This document shows, piece by piece, positions 9,883-21,571 of a stretch of DNA of 32,000 nucleotides (positions are counted from its first letter, which is position 1; the number at the start of each line of letters is the position of its first letter). Origin of the DNA: Candidatus Saccharimonadota bacterium (GTDB lineage: Bacteria > Pseudomonadota > Gammaproteobacteria > Enterobacterales > Enterobacteriaceae); the NCBI GenBank assembly GCA_036689225.1, contig CP144768.1, forward strand, positions 90,001-122,000, written 5' to 3'. Under the pieces are notes generated by a model, which did not search any database, was not told where the DNA came from, and saw nothing but the letters and a program-made list of their open reading frames with translations. Made by a program: the position numbers and the translations under genes.

Positions 9883-11391
9883 TTGAAAAAAATTAATTTA
9901 AAAGATATTTTATTTAAATATTTTAATACTGATAATTTTCCTAATATTTATATAAGTGACATAAAACTTGATAGTAGATTAATTAAAAAAAATAATTTAT
10001 TTATAGCTATAAAAGGTTATAAATTAAATGGTAGAAATTATATAAATAATGCTATATTAAATGGAGCTATATCAATATTAACTTATTCTAATATAAATAA
10101 AAATTATTATTTTTTAAATTTAAAATATAATATTTTTATGTTTTTTATTTTTAATTTAAATTATTTTTTATCTGAAATATCTGGCAATTTTTATAATAAT
10201 CCAAGTAAAAAAATGTTTTTATTTGGTGTTACAGGAACTAATGGTAAAACAACTGTTGTTAATTTTATTTCTAATTGAATTTATTTATTAGGTTTAAAAA
10301 GTTCTGTTTTAAGTACTATAGGTAATGGTTTATATAATAATTTACATAATTCATTAAATACTACAGATTCTGCTGTTGAAATTCAATATGAATTAAATAA
10401 TCAATATAATATGGGTTCTAAATTTACTTCTATTGAAGTATCTTCACATTCATTAATTCAACATCGTGTTAGATCATTATATTTTTCTTCTGTTATATTT
10501 ACTAATCTTACTTTAGATCATTTAGATTTTCATAAAAGTTTTAAAAAATATGAATTAGCTAAAAAAAAATTATTTTTTGAATTTGGAGTTAAAAATTTAA
10601 TTATTAATATAGATGATCCTATTGGATTTAAATGATTTAGAAAATTATCACATAAATATGTTATTCCTGTAACATTTAATAAAAAATATATTATTTATTT
10701 TAAAAATAGATGATTATATATTAAAAAAATTATTTCTTTTGGTTTTTTAAGAAAAATTTATTTTGAATCTTATTTAGGTAATGGTATATTAAATATTTTT
10801 TTTCCTGGTAATTTTAATATTATTAATGTTATGTTAAGTTTTACATCTTTATTATCATTAAATTTTAATTTTGATAGTTTATTACGTAAAAGTAAATATT
10901 TAAGTTTACCTAAAGGACGTATGGAGTTTTTTTTTTGTAAAAAAAAACCATTATTTATAGTTGATTTTGCTCATACTCCTGATGCATTAAAAAATATTTT
11001 ATTAGAATCTAGAAAATATTGTTTAGGAAAATTATGATGTATTTTTGGTTGTACTGGTGATAGAGATAAAAATAAAAGATTTTTAATGGGATTTATAGCT
11101 AAAAAATATTCAGATATAGTTGTAATAACTAATGATGATTTATATTCTGAAGATGAAAATTCTATTTTAAAAGATATAAAATTAGGTATATATAATTTTA
11201 ATAATGTTTATATTATATTAAATAGAAAGTTAGCAATTAAATTTTGTATTGAAAATGCTAATTATAATGATGTTATATTAGTAGCGGGTAAAGGTCATGA
11301 AAATTTTCAAATTTTATTAAATAAAAAAATAAAATATTCTGATAGATATTTTATAAAAAAATTATTATTTAAATCTTTATGAAAAAAATAA
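9883..11391 (+). CDS. murE: UDP-MurNAc-L-Ala-D-Glu:2,6-diaminopimelate-type ligase MurE
   Basis: I prefer the TTG start at 9883, which lies 6 nt after AAGAGG (9871-9876), giving MKKINLKDIL.. (E. coli MADRNLRDLL). The track's TTG at 9862 is the alternative. GVTGTNGKTT, IEVSSHSLIQHRV, FTNLTLDHLDFH, DFAHTPDAL, KLW-CIFGCTGDRDKNKR and VAGKGHE are present, and five internal TGAs are read through as Trp. The terminal TGA at 11380-11382 is also read through, giving ..FKSLWKK-TAA (11389-11391). Confidence 0.93.
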
Positions 11392-12731
11392 ATTTATTAG
11401 ATATAGTTAATATTACTGATGCAATTTTAATAGGTAAAAATATATATATAGAAAATATTTGTATAGATACTAGAAATAAAAAAATTGTTAATTCTTTATT
11501 TATAATTATCAGAGGTAATTATAATATAGATTTTTTATGTTATGATGCTATTAATAAAGGTGCTGTAGCATTACTTTTAGATTTATATTTATTTAAATAT
11601 AGTAATATACCTCAATTAATTGTTAAAGATACTAAAATATCTTTAGGAAAGATATCAAATTGATTAAGGAAAAAAAGTTCTATTAAAATAATTTGTGTTA
11701 CAGGAAGTACAGGAAAAACCTCTGTAAAAGAAATTATTTATAATATTTTAAAACAGTCTAATAATGTATTATATAATATTTTTAATTTTAATAATGATTT
11801 AGGTGTATCTAATACTTTATTAAATTTACAATATTTTAAATATAAGTATGGAATATTAGAATTAGGTAGTAATTCTATTAATGATATTAATTATTTATCT
11901 AAAATAGTTTTACCTGATATTTCTTGTATTACTAATATTTGTATTTCTCATTTAAAAGGATTTAAATTATTTAATAATATAATAATTGATAAAGGAAAAA
12001 TATTTAAATATTTGTGTAAAAATGGTATAGCTATTATAAATAAAAATTATTTTTATTATAATTATTGAAATAAATATTTATTTAATAAAAAAGTTATATT
12101 TTATAATTTTTTAGATATTTTAAAATGTAATGTATTTATTAATGATTTAAATTTTAGTATTTTTGGTACATATTTTACCTTAAATATTTTAGGATTTAAA
12201 AAAAAAATTTTTATTAAATTATTAGGTATTCATAATATTATAAATATTTTATTATCTGTTATAGTATCTTTATCATTAGAAATAAGTTTTAAAGATATTC
12301 AATTAGGTTTAGAAAGTTTACTACCTATTAAAGGTAGATTATATCCTATTTTTTTAAGTAAAACTAAAATAATTTTAGATGATTCTTATAATTGTAATCC
12401 TAGATCTTTATATTTTGGTACTTTATTTTTACAAAAATGTAATGGTTATAAATTATTAGTTATTAGTGATATGTTAGAATTAAGTTATATGTCTTTATTT
12501 TATCATAAATATATGGGTTTAATTATAAAAAATTTATATATTAATAAGATATTAAGTATAGGTAAATATAGTTATTATATTTCTAAATATAGTAAAATAG
12601 GAGAACATTGTAATAATTTTAATATTTTATTATTTAAAATAAAAAAAATATTAAATTTTTATAATGAAGTTACTATTTTAATTAAAGGATCTAATTTATT
12701 TAATATGAATAAAATAATTAATTTTTTATAG
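11379..12731 (+). CDS. murF: UDP-MurNAc-tripeptide:D-Ala-D-Ala ligase MurF
   Basis: The gene is 450 aa with two internal TGAs. ..IPQLIVKDTKISLGKISNW-LRKK..IICVTGSTGKTSVKE, NNDLGV, ILELGSN, LDDSYNCNP and LIKGSN parallel E. coli MurF (LPQLIVKDTRLAFGELAAWVR..ALTGSSGKTSVKE..LDDSYNAN..VKGSR). The ATG overlaps the murE 3' end. Confidence 0.9.
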
Positions 12732-12738
12732 GATAAAT

Positions 12739-13785
12739 ATGATAATTTTTTTTTTAAATTTATTTTTTTTTAATGTTTTTATTCCTTTTTTTTTATCTTT
12801 TATTTTTTCTTTTTTTTTTATAAAATATTTTATATTTTTTTTATGTAATTTAAATGTTTTTCAAAATATTCGTATTTTTATTCCTAAAAATCATTTTTTT
12901 AAAAAAAATATACCTACTATGGGTGGTATATCAATATTATTTTCTTTTTTTTTTATATTTTATATTTTTTTTTATAAAAAATATAATTTTGATATATTAA
13001 TTTTAATTTTATTTTTTGTTTTAAATAGTTTAATAGGATTTTTAGATGATTATTTAAAATGTTTTGTAAAAAATTCTAATGGATTATCTATATTTAATAA
13101 ATATATTTTGCAATCTTTTTTTTCTTTTTTATATATATATTATTTATATTATTATAGTTTTTTAAATATTAATTATTATATTTATTTATTTAAATATAAA
13201 TTAAATATAAGTTATATTTATATTTTATTTTGATATTTTATATTAGTTGGAACTTCTAATTCTGTAAATTTTACTGATGGTTTAGATGGTTTAGTTAGTT
13301 TTCCTTTAATTTTAAATTTTATATTTTTATTAATTGTTTCTGTAAGTGAATATTTTTTAATTTTTAATAATATTATTATTAATTATAATTATTTAATATT
13401 TATAAATTATTTAATAATATTTATTAGTATAATTTTAGGTTCATTATTATCTTTTTTATATTATAATTTTTATCCTGCTAAAATTTTTTTAGGAGATGTA
13501 GGTTCTTTATCTTTAGGTTTTCTTTTAGCAGCAATTTTTATTTTATTAAATAAAGAATTTATTTTATTTATAAGTGGTTTTGTTTTTTTTATAGAATTTA
13601 TTTCTGTTATATTGCAAATTTTTTGATTTAATTTTTTAAATAAAAGAATATTTTTAATGGCTCCATTACATCATCATTATGAATTATTAAATTATAAAGA
13701 ACAGAATATTGTATTTTTTTTTTGATTTTTATCATTTTTTTCATTTTTAATTTCACTATTTATATTTTTTAAATTTTATGTTTAA
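12739..13785 (+). CDS. mraY: phospho-N-acetylmuramoyl-pentapeptide transferase
   Basis: The gene is 348 aa, a polytopic and Phe-rich protein, with three TGAs read as Trp. GFLDDYLK, NSVNFTDGLDGL, PAKIFLGDVGS and APLHHHYE are the conserved MraY motifs. The stop is TAA at 13783-13785. Confidence 0.95.
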
Positions 13786-15097
13786 TTATATTAATAAAAA
13801 TATTGTTATTTTAGGTGTTGGTTTAACTGGATTATCATGTTTAAATTATTTTCTATCATTAAATATATTTCCTAAATTAATTGATTCTAATAAAATAAGT
13901 AATATTTCTATTCCTAAAGGAATAAAATGTTGTTTTGGTTATTTAAATGAGAATTGAATATTAAATGCAGATTTAATTATTATTAGTCCTGGTATTAATT
14001 CTTATAATAAAGTAATTATTAAAGCTAAAAAAATTGGTATAGAAATTATTAATGATATAGAAATATTTTGTAGATTAGTTAATAAACCTATTATTGCTAT
14101 AACTGGAACTAATGGTAAAAGTACTGTAGTATCTTTATTATTTAATATTTTTAAATCTTATAATATTAAAGTATCATTAGGTGGAAATATTGGTATTCCA
14201 GTACTTAGTTTATTAAATGATAATAGTGATGTATATATATTAGAAATTTCAAGTTTTCAATTAGAATATATATATTCTTTAAAAGCTTTTTGTTCAGTTA
14301 TTTTAAATGTTACATATGATCATATGGATAGATATCCTAATGGATTTCAAGACTATTTTTTTAGTAAATTTAAAATTTTTAATAATTCTAAATATTGTAT
14401 AATTAATTTTAATGAAAAAGAAACTTTATTTAAAAATCTTTTTGATAAAAAAATAATTACTTTTGGATATAATAAAGGAGATTATTATATTAAAAAAAAA
14501 AAAAATTTTTATTTTTTATATTCATATAATAATTTTTATGTAAGTAATAAATTAATTTATTTAAAAGGTATTTTTAATTATTTAAATATTTTGGTTACTA
14601 TTTGTATTTCTGAAATTTTTAAAATTCCTAAAAATATAGTTTTATATAATTTAATTAATTTTATTGGTTTACCTCATAGATTTTCTATAATTAAAAAAAA
14701 TAATGGAATTTTATGAATTAATGATTCTAAATCTACTAATATAGCTAGTACTTTAGCTGCTTTAAATAATTTATCTAATGTTAAAGGTAGAATATGATTA
14801 ATAATGGGAGGAGATAATAAAAATGTTGATTTTAATAAATTTTTAAAACCTAATTTATTATTATATAATAATTTATTTATTTGTTGTTATGGTAAAAGTA
14901 AAAATATTATATTTAATTTGATTCCTAAAATTTCTTTTAAATTTAATTTTTTATCTAATGTTATTAAATATATTTTAAATTATTTAAAATATAATGATGT
15001 AGTATTATTTTCTCCAGGATGTTCTAGTTTAGATCAGTTTGTTAATTATAAAGAAAGAGGTAATGAATTTATAAAATTAGTTAATAAATATAATTAA
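13778..15097 (+). CDS. murD: UDP-MurNAc-L-Ala:D-Glu ligase MurD
   Basis: The gene is 439 aa, and its ATG at 13778 overlaps the mraY end by 8 nt. NIVILGVGLTGLSC, DIEIFCR..PIIAITGTNGKSTV, LEISSFQLE, LNVTYDHMDRYP, GLPHRFS, W-INDSKSTN and SPGCSSLDQFVNYKERGNEF parallel E. coli MurD. Confidence 0.93.
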
Positions 15098-15123
15098 AAT
15101 TTTAATTTATATATAATTATAGA

Positions 15124-16164
15124 ATGAATCGTATAATGATTATTACTGGAGGTACTGGAGGTCATATATTTCCTGGTTTAGTTATATCTAAATATTTAAA
15201 AAAAAAAAAATATAAAATAAAATGAATAGGTACTAAAAATGGTTTAGAATCTATTTTAGTTCCTAAAAATAAAATAGATATTGAATATGTATATATTCCT
15301 AATATTTTAAGTTTTAAAAATATATTTTTATATATAAAATCTATATATATTATTATAAAAAAAATAAAATTGTGAAAACCAAATTTAGTTTTAGGATTTG
15401 GTGGTTATATTTCTTTTTTTGGAATTTTTTCATCTTGATTATGTAATATTCCTACTATTATACATGAACAAAATTCTGTTTTAGGATTATCTAATAGAAT
15501 TTTATATTATATTGCTACAAAAAGTATTCAAGCATATAAAAATACTTTTCAATCAGATGTTATTATAGTAGGTAATCCTATTAGAGAAGAAATATTATCT
15601 ATAAAACCTCCTAATATTAGATTATTAAATCGTAAAGGTAATATAAATATATTAATAATGGGAGGTAGTCAAGGTTCTGAAATTATTAATAATATTATTT
15701 TTAATATTATTAATGTTTTAGATATAAATAAATATTCTTTTTTACATCAAGTTGGAATTTTAAATTATAAAAAAAATATAAAATTAATTAATAGTATTAA
15801 AAGAAAAAATTATGTATGTGTTGATTTTATATATAATATATATAAAGTTTATAATTGAGCTGATTTAATAATATGTAGATCTGGTGCATTAACTGTTAGT
15901 GAAATTACTAGTATAGGTTTAGCAGCTATATTTATACCATTTGTACATAAAGATAATCATCAATATTTTAATGCAGAATTTTTATATAAAAAAAAAGCTG
16001 CTATTATAATAAATGAATATGAATTAAATGAAATTTTATTAATTAATATTATATTAAAATTAAATAGAAAAAAATTGTTTAATATGTCTAATTTATCTTA
16101 TTTAAATAGGATTAAAAATCCTAATAAAAAATTTATAAAGGAAATATTTAATATTATTCAATAA
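15124..16164 (+). CDS. murG: UDP-GlcNAc:lipid I N-acetylglucosaminyltransferase MurG
   Basis: The gene is 346 aa, joined across in-frame TGAs. [31 protein letters not shown] and [17 protein letters not shown] parallel E. coli MurG ([34 protein letters not shown]). It starts 26 nt after the murD stop. Confidence 0.93.
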
Positions 16165-16184
16165 TAATATGAAATTTTATTAAA

Positions 16185-17630
16185 ATGAACAATAATAATT
16201 TATTTTTTGGTATAAATAAAAAAAAATTTGTTATACATTTTATTGGTATTGGAGGTGTTGGTATGTCTTCAATAGCAGAATATATGTTTTTGTCCGGTTA
16301 TAATATAACTGGTTCTGATATATATATAAATGAAAGAACAAATTATTTATCTTCATTAGGAATTAAAGTATATAATTTTCATTCTAAAAATAATATTATA
16401 AATTGTAATTTAATTGTTTATTCTTCTGCTATTAATTGTTTAAATGAAGAAATTGTTTTTTCTAAAATTTATAATATTCCTATTATATCTAGAATTGAAA
16501 TGTTATATGAATTAACAAAATATAGTTATTTAATTACTGTTATTGGTACTCATGGTAAAACTACTGTTACTTCTATGATTTTTGATTTTTTTTTTAATTA
16601 TGGTATAAAAATTAATTGTATAAATGGAGGTAATATAAAGTCTATTAATTCTTATATTTATTTAAGTGATAGTAAATATTTTTTAATTGAATTAGATGAA
16701 AGTGATAATTTATTTAATTTATTTAAACCTACTATAGTAGTTTTAACTAATATAGATTCTGATCATTTAAATAATTATAATAATAATATTAATAATTTAA
16801 TTAATTCTTTTTTAATTTATATTAAAAATATTCCATTTTATGGTTATCTTATAACTTGTTTAGATAATAATAATATTAAATTTATTTTAAAAAATAATTT
16901 TTTAAAATGTAAAATTATTACTTATGGTTTTAATAAAGATTCTGATTTTTTAATTAAAAATTTAATACAAAAAAAAAATACATGTAATTTTGATTTATGT
17001 ATTAATAAAAAAAAAATATATAATTTAAATATAAATATATTTGGTAAATATAATATTTTAAATGTTGTTTCTTGTATAACTTTATTTAATCAGTTTTATA
17101 AAATAAATTTATTAGATATTCAAAAATTTTTATATTTTTTAAAAGGTGTTAGTAGAAGATCTGAAATAATTGGTGAATTTTCTTTTTCATATAAAAATAA
17201 ATTTTATAATAATATATTATTTATATCTGATTATGGTCATCATCCTACTGAAATAAAATATATATTAAAATCTTTAAAAGAATCTTGAAATAGAAGAATA
17301 ATAATGATATTTCAACCTCATAGATTTAGTAGAACTAAAATGTTATTAAATTATTTTGCTAATGTTTTATATAAAGTTAATATTTTATTATTATTAAATA
17401 TTTATTCAGCTTTTGAAAGTAATAATAATTATAATATTAGTAGTAATAAATTATTTTCATTAATGTATGATTTATATAATTATAAAAATTGTATTTTAAT
17501 TAATAATGATAATGAAATTTTTGAATATTTATTAAATATTATTATTGATAATGATATTATTATATTTCAAGGAGCTGGTAAAGTTAATTTTATTTTATCA
17601 GATTTTATTTCAAATTATATAAATAATTAA
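16185..17630 (+). CDS. murC: UDP-N-acetylmuramate:L-alanine ligase MurC
   Basis: The gene is 481 aa, joined at one TGA (..LKESW-NRRIIMIFQPHRFSRT). IHFIGIGGVGMSSIAE, GTHGKTTVTSM, TNIDSDHL and DYGHHPTEI are MurC motifs. Confidence 0.92.
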
Positions 17631-17657
17631 TTTTTATTAAATTTATAATAATTTTAT

Positions 17658-18578
17658 ATGAAAATTATAAATAATGTTGCTATATTTTTTGGTGGTAATT
17701 CTTCTGAAAGAAATATTTCTATAGAATCTGGTTATTCTATTTTTAGAATTTTATTAAAAAAAAAAATAAAAGTTTTTCCTGTAGATTTAAAATATTTTTC
17801 TTTAAATGATTTTTTGAAAAAAAAAATAGATAAAGTTTTTATAGCATTACATGGAAAAATAGGAGAAAATGGAAATATACAAGGTTTTTTAGATTTTTTA
17901 AATATTTCTTATACTGGAAGTGGAGTTTTTACTTCATCTTTATGTATAAATAAATATAATACTAAAAAATTTTTAAGTATATATAATATAAATGTATTAC
18001 CTGATTTTCTTTTAAAAAAAAATATAATTATTAAGAATAATTTTTTTAGATTATATAAAAAAATTTTATTTAAATTTAATGTTCCTTTTATATTAAAACC
18101 TAATGATCATGGATCAAGTATAGGTTTAAATTTAATAAATAATTTTATTGATTTTAAAAATTATTTTAATAAAAATATTAATTTTTTTAATGATTTTATA
18201 GTAGAAAAATATATTTTTGGTGATGAATATACTGTTGCTATATTAGATGGTAAAATTTTATGTCCAATTAATATTAAATTTAATAATAAAATTTTTGATT
18301 ATTATACAAAATATAAAAATATTAATAATTTTTCTTATTCTAATAATATTAAAATAAATATTAAAAATAAATTGATTGATATATCTAAAAATATATGAAA
18401 AATTTTAAATTGTAAAGGTTGTGTAAGAATAGATTATATTATAGATAAATTTAATAATATATGGTTTTTAGAATTAAATACTATTCCTGGAATGACTAAT
18501 ACTAGTTTAGTTCCAATTTGTGCTAAATTTTCTAATATTAGTTATTCTAAATTAATATTAAAAATTTTATATTGTTAA
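17658..18578 (+). CDS. ddl: D-alanine--D-alanine ligase
   Basis: The gene is 306 aa, the same length as I recall for E. coli Ddl[68 protein letters not shown] and [22 protein letters not shown] are present, with one internal TGA. The stop is TAA at 18576-18578. Confidence 0.92.
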
Positions 18579-18868
18579 TTTATAATTTTAATTTTTTTTA
18601 TTTTTGGATAGTTTATTTTTTTTATTATTTTTTTATTTTTTTTAATTAAGTATTTTTTTATATTTTTGTTATTAGTTTTTATATATATATTATTTTTTTT
18701 TATATTTATTATTTTATATTTTTTATTATTTTTTTTTAATAAAATATTGTTTATTTTTTTATTAATTTTTTTTATTAGTTTACTTTTTAATATTATTGAA
18801 TATAAATTACTTTTTTTTTTAAGATTATTAATTATTTTTTTAAATAATTTTGGTTTTTTATTTTTCAT
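18575..18868 (-). CDS. hypothetical 97-aa highly basic (Lys/Asn/Ile) protein; function unknown (speculatively DUF721/DciA-like)
   Basis: The frame runs from ATG at 18868 to TAA at 18575-18577 with no internal stop. It translates to [97 protein letters not shown]. It fills most of the ddl|secA gap and converges on ddl with a 4-nt overlap. A 71-aa Phe-rich ORF on the plus strand (18666..18881, TTG start) covers the same DNA, so the coding strand is not certain. Confidence 0.35.
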   Translation of the reverse strand: MKNKKPKLFKKIINNLKKKSNLYSIILKSKLIKKINKKINNILLKKNNKKYKIINIKKNNIYIKTNNKNIKKYLIKKNKKIIKKINYPKIKKIKIIN

Positions 18869-18985
18869 TATTGTTTTTTAATTTATAATAATATATATTA
18901 TAAATTACCTTAAATATTAAATAATAATATATATTTTATATTATTATTATAAATTTTTTATTATATACAAATTTTATATATTATT

Positions 18986-21487
18986 ATGTTTATTAAATTA
19001 TTTTCTAATATTTTTAATAATAAAAATAGAAAAAAAATTAATTATTTTTATAAAATTATAGATAAAATTAATAGTTTAAAAAATACTTTTTCTAAATATT
19101 CTGATTATACTCTTAAAAGTAATACTAGTATATATTGTAAAATGTTAAATTATAATAATATTTATGATTTTTTACCTTATATATTTACAAATATATATGA
19201 ATCTATAAAAAGAGTTTTTGGAATTAGATTATTTGATGTTCAATTATTAGGAGCATTATCATTATATGATGGATATATTATTGAAATGAAAACAGGAGAA
19301 GGTAAAACTATTACTTCTACTTTATCTGCATATTTTTATTCTTTGTTTAAAAAAGGTGTTCATATTATAACTGTTAATGATTATTTAGCTAAAAGAGATT
19401 GAGAAAATAATAGTAAATTATTTAATTTTTTAGGTTTAAATGTTGGTTTAAATTTACCTAATATGTCATTGTTAGAAAAAAAAAAATCTTATTTATGTGA
19501 TATTACTTATGGTACTAGTAGTGAATTTGGTTTTGATTATTTACGCGATAATATGGTTTTATCTAAAAATGATAAAGTTCAAAGAAAAAAATTATTTTAT
19601 GCTATTTTAGATGAAGTTGATTCAATTTTAATAGATGAATCTAGAACTCCTCTTATTATATCTAATGATTCTGAATTTGTTAATAATTTTTATAAAAAAA
19701 TAAAAGAAATTATTTTTAATTTTAAACCTGGATATAAAGAGAATTATAATGATAATTTGAATGATAAAGATTTTATAATTGATAAAAAATTAAATCAAAT
19801 TTTTTTTACTGAAAAAGGTTTTATTAATATAGAAAAAATATTTATAAAAACTAATATAATTAATAAAAGAAAATTTTCATATAATATTAAAAATATTAAT
19901 ATTATAAATTATACTATTTCTTTATTAAAAGCATATTATATTTATAAAAAAAATGTTGATTATTTAGTTAAAGATAATAAAATAATTATTATAGATGAAA
20001 ATACTGGTAGAATGGTTCCTGATAGAAGATGATCTGATGGATTACATCAAGCTTTAGAAATTAAAGAAAATGTTAAAATAAATTGTGATAATAAAATATT
20101 AGCTTCTATTACTTTTCAAAATTATTTTCGTATGTATAAAAAAATATGTGGTATGACTGGTACTGCTATAACTGAAGCATCTGAATTTAATATAATTTAT
20201 AATTTAGATACTATAGTTATTCCAACTAATAAACCTATGATTCGTATTGATTATAATGATTTAATTTATTTAACTGAAAAAGAAAAAATAGATTCTATAA
20301 TATATGATATAAAAAATAAACATATTAAAGGTCAACCAATATTAGTAGGTACTACATCTATTGAAAAATCAGAATATTTATCTTTTTTATTATCTAAAAT
20401 TGGTATAAAAAACAATGTTTTGAATGCTAAATATCATATGTTTGAAGCTAATATTATTTCTAAAGCTGGAAAATTAGGTTCTGTTACTATTGCTACTAAT
20501 ATGGCTGGTAGAGGTACTGATATAGTTTTAGGTGGTAATTTAATTGATGAAATATTTAAAATTAAAGATAAAAAATTAAATAAAAATAAAATAGATTTAA
20601 TTAAAAAAAATTGAAAAAAAAATCATAATTTAGTAGTTTCTTTAGGTGGATTATATGTTATAGGTACTGAAAAATATGAATCTAGAAGATTAGATAATCA
20701 ATTAAGAGGTAGATCTGGTAGACAAGGTGATCCTGGATCTTCTAGATTTTATTTATCTATGGATGATTCTTTAATGCGTATTTTTTCTTCTAAAAAAGTT
20801 ATTTATTATATGAGAAAATTAGGTATGAAATATGGTGAATTTATAGAACATCCATGAGTATCATTTTCCATTCAAAATGCTCAAAAAAAAGTTGAAAGTC
20901 GTAATTTTGAAATACGTAAAAATCTTTTATATTATGATAATATTTATAATGATCAAAGAAAAATTATTTATTCTAAAAGAAATGATATATTATATTCGAA
21001 AAATATATATAAATATATATGTAAATATATTAAAAATATAGTAAATAATTTTTTATTTTTATATTTTAATAATAGGATATTATTTAATAAATATTTTAAA
21101 TATTTAAATGTTAAAATATTAAATTTATGATTAATTAATTATGATTTTTTTAAAATTTATAATTTTATTTTAAATAAAATAATATTTTTTTATAAAAAAT
21201 GTAAAAAAAAAATTAATAAAAATATATTATATAAATTACAAAAAAATATAATGTTAAAAACATTAGATATTTTTTGAACAGAATATTTATATATAATTGA
21301 TAATTTAAAAGAAGGTATAAATTTATGTATTTATGCTCAAAAAAATCCTAAACAAGAGTATAAAATAAAATCTTTTAATATTTTTATAAATATGTTAGAT
21401 AATTATTATATTGAAGTTATAAAAATTTTTTTAAATTTACCTACAGATTATAATAAATTATATAAATTTATAAATTTATATTTATAA
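18986..21487 (+). CDS. secA: preprotein translocase ATPase SecA (lacks C-terminal zinc-finger tail)
   Basis: The gene is 833 aa, joined over 7 TGAs, including the conserved Trp in PDRRW-SDGLHQA (20030-20032) and IEHPW-V (20855-20857). [83 protein letters not shown] and ESRNFEIRK are present. The stop is TAA at 21485-21487. Confidence 0.97.
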
Positions 21488-21571
21488 AATTTTTATTTAA
21501 ATTAATTATTATTTTATGTTTATTTATTTATATAAAATTATGTATTTAATTTATTTATAAGAGAATTTATT

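Noticed and set aside
18666-18881. Plus-strand 71-aa Phe-rich ORF with a TTG start, a possible small membrane protein co-directional with ddl and secA.
   Set aside because: It overlaps the longer ATG-initiated minus-strand ORF (18575..18868). Comparable Phe-rich shadow ORFs occur opposite ssb and rsmD. I cannot fully exclude it, so this rejection is soft.
18579-18985. Remnants of ftsQ, ftsA, ftsZ, lpxC or secM (for example the SecM arrest motif) in the ddl|secA gap.
   Set aside because: The gap is only 407 nt. No frame on either strand shows a recognisable FtsZ GGGTGTG, LpxC or SecM FxxxxWIxxxxGIRAGP-like sequence.
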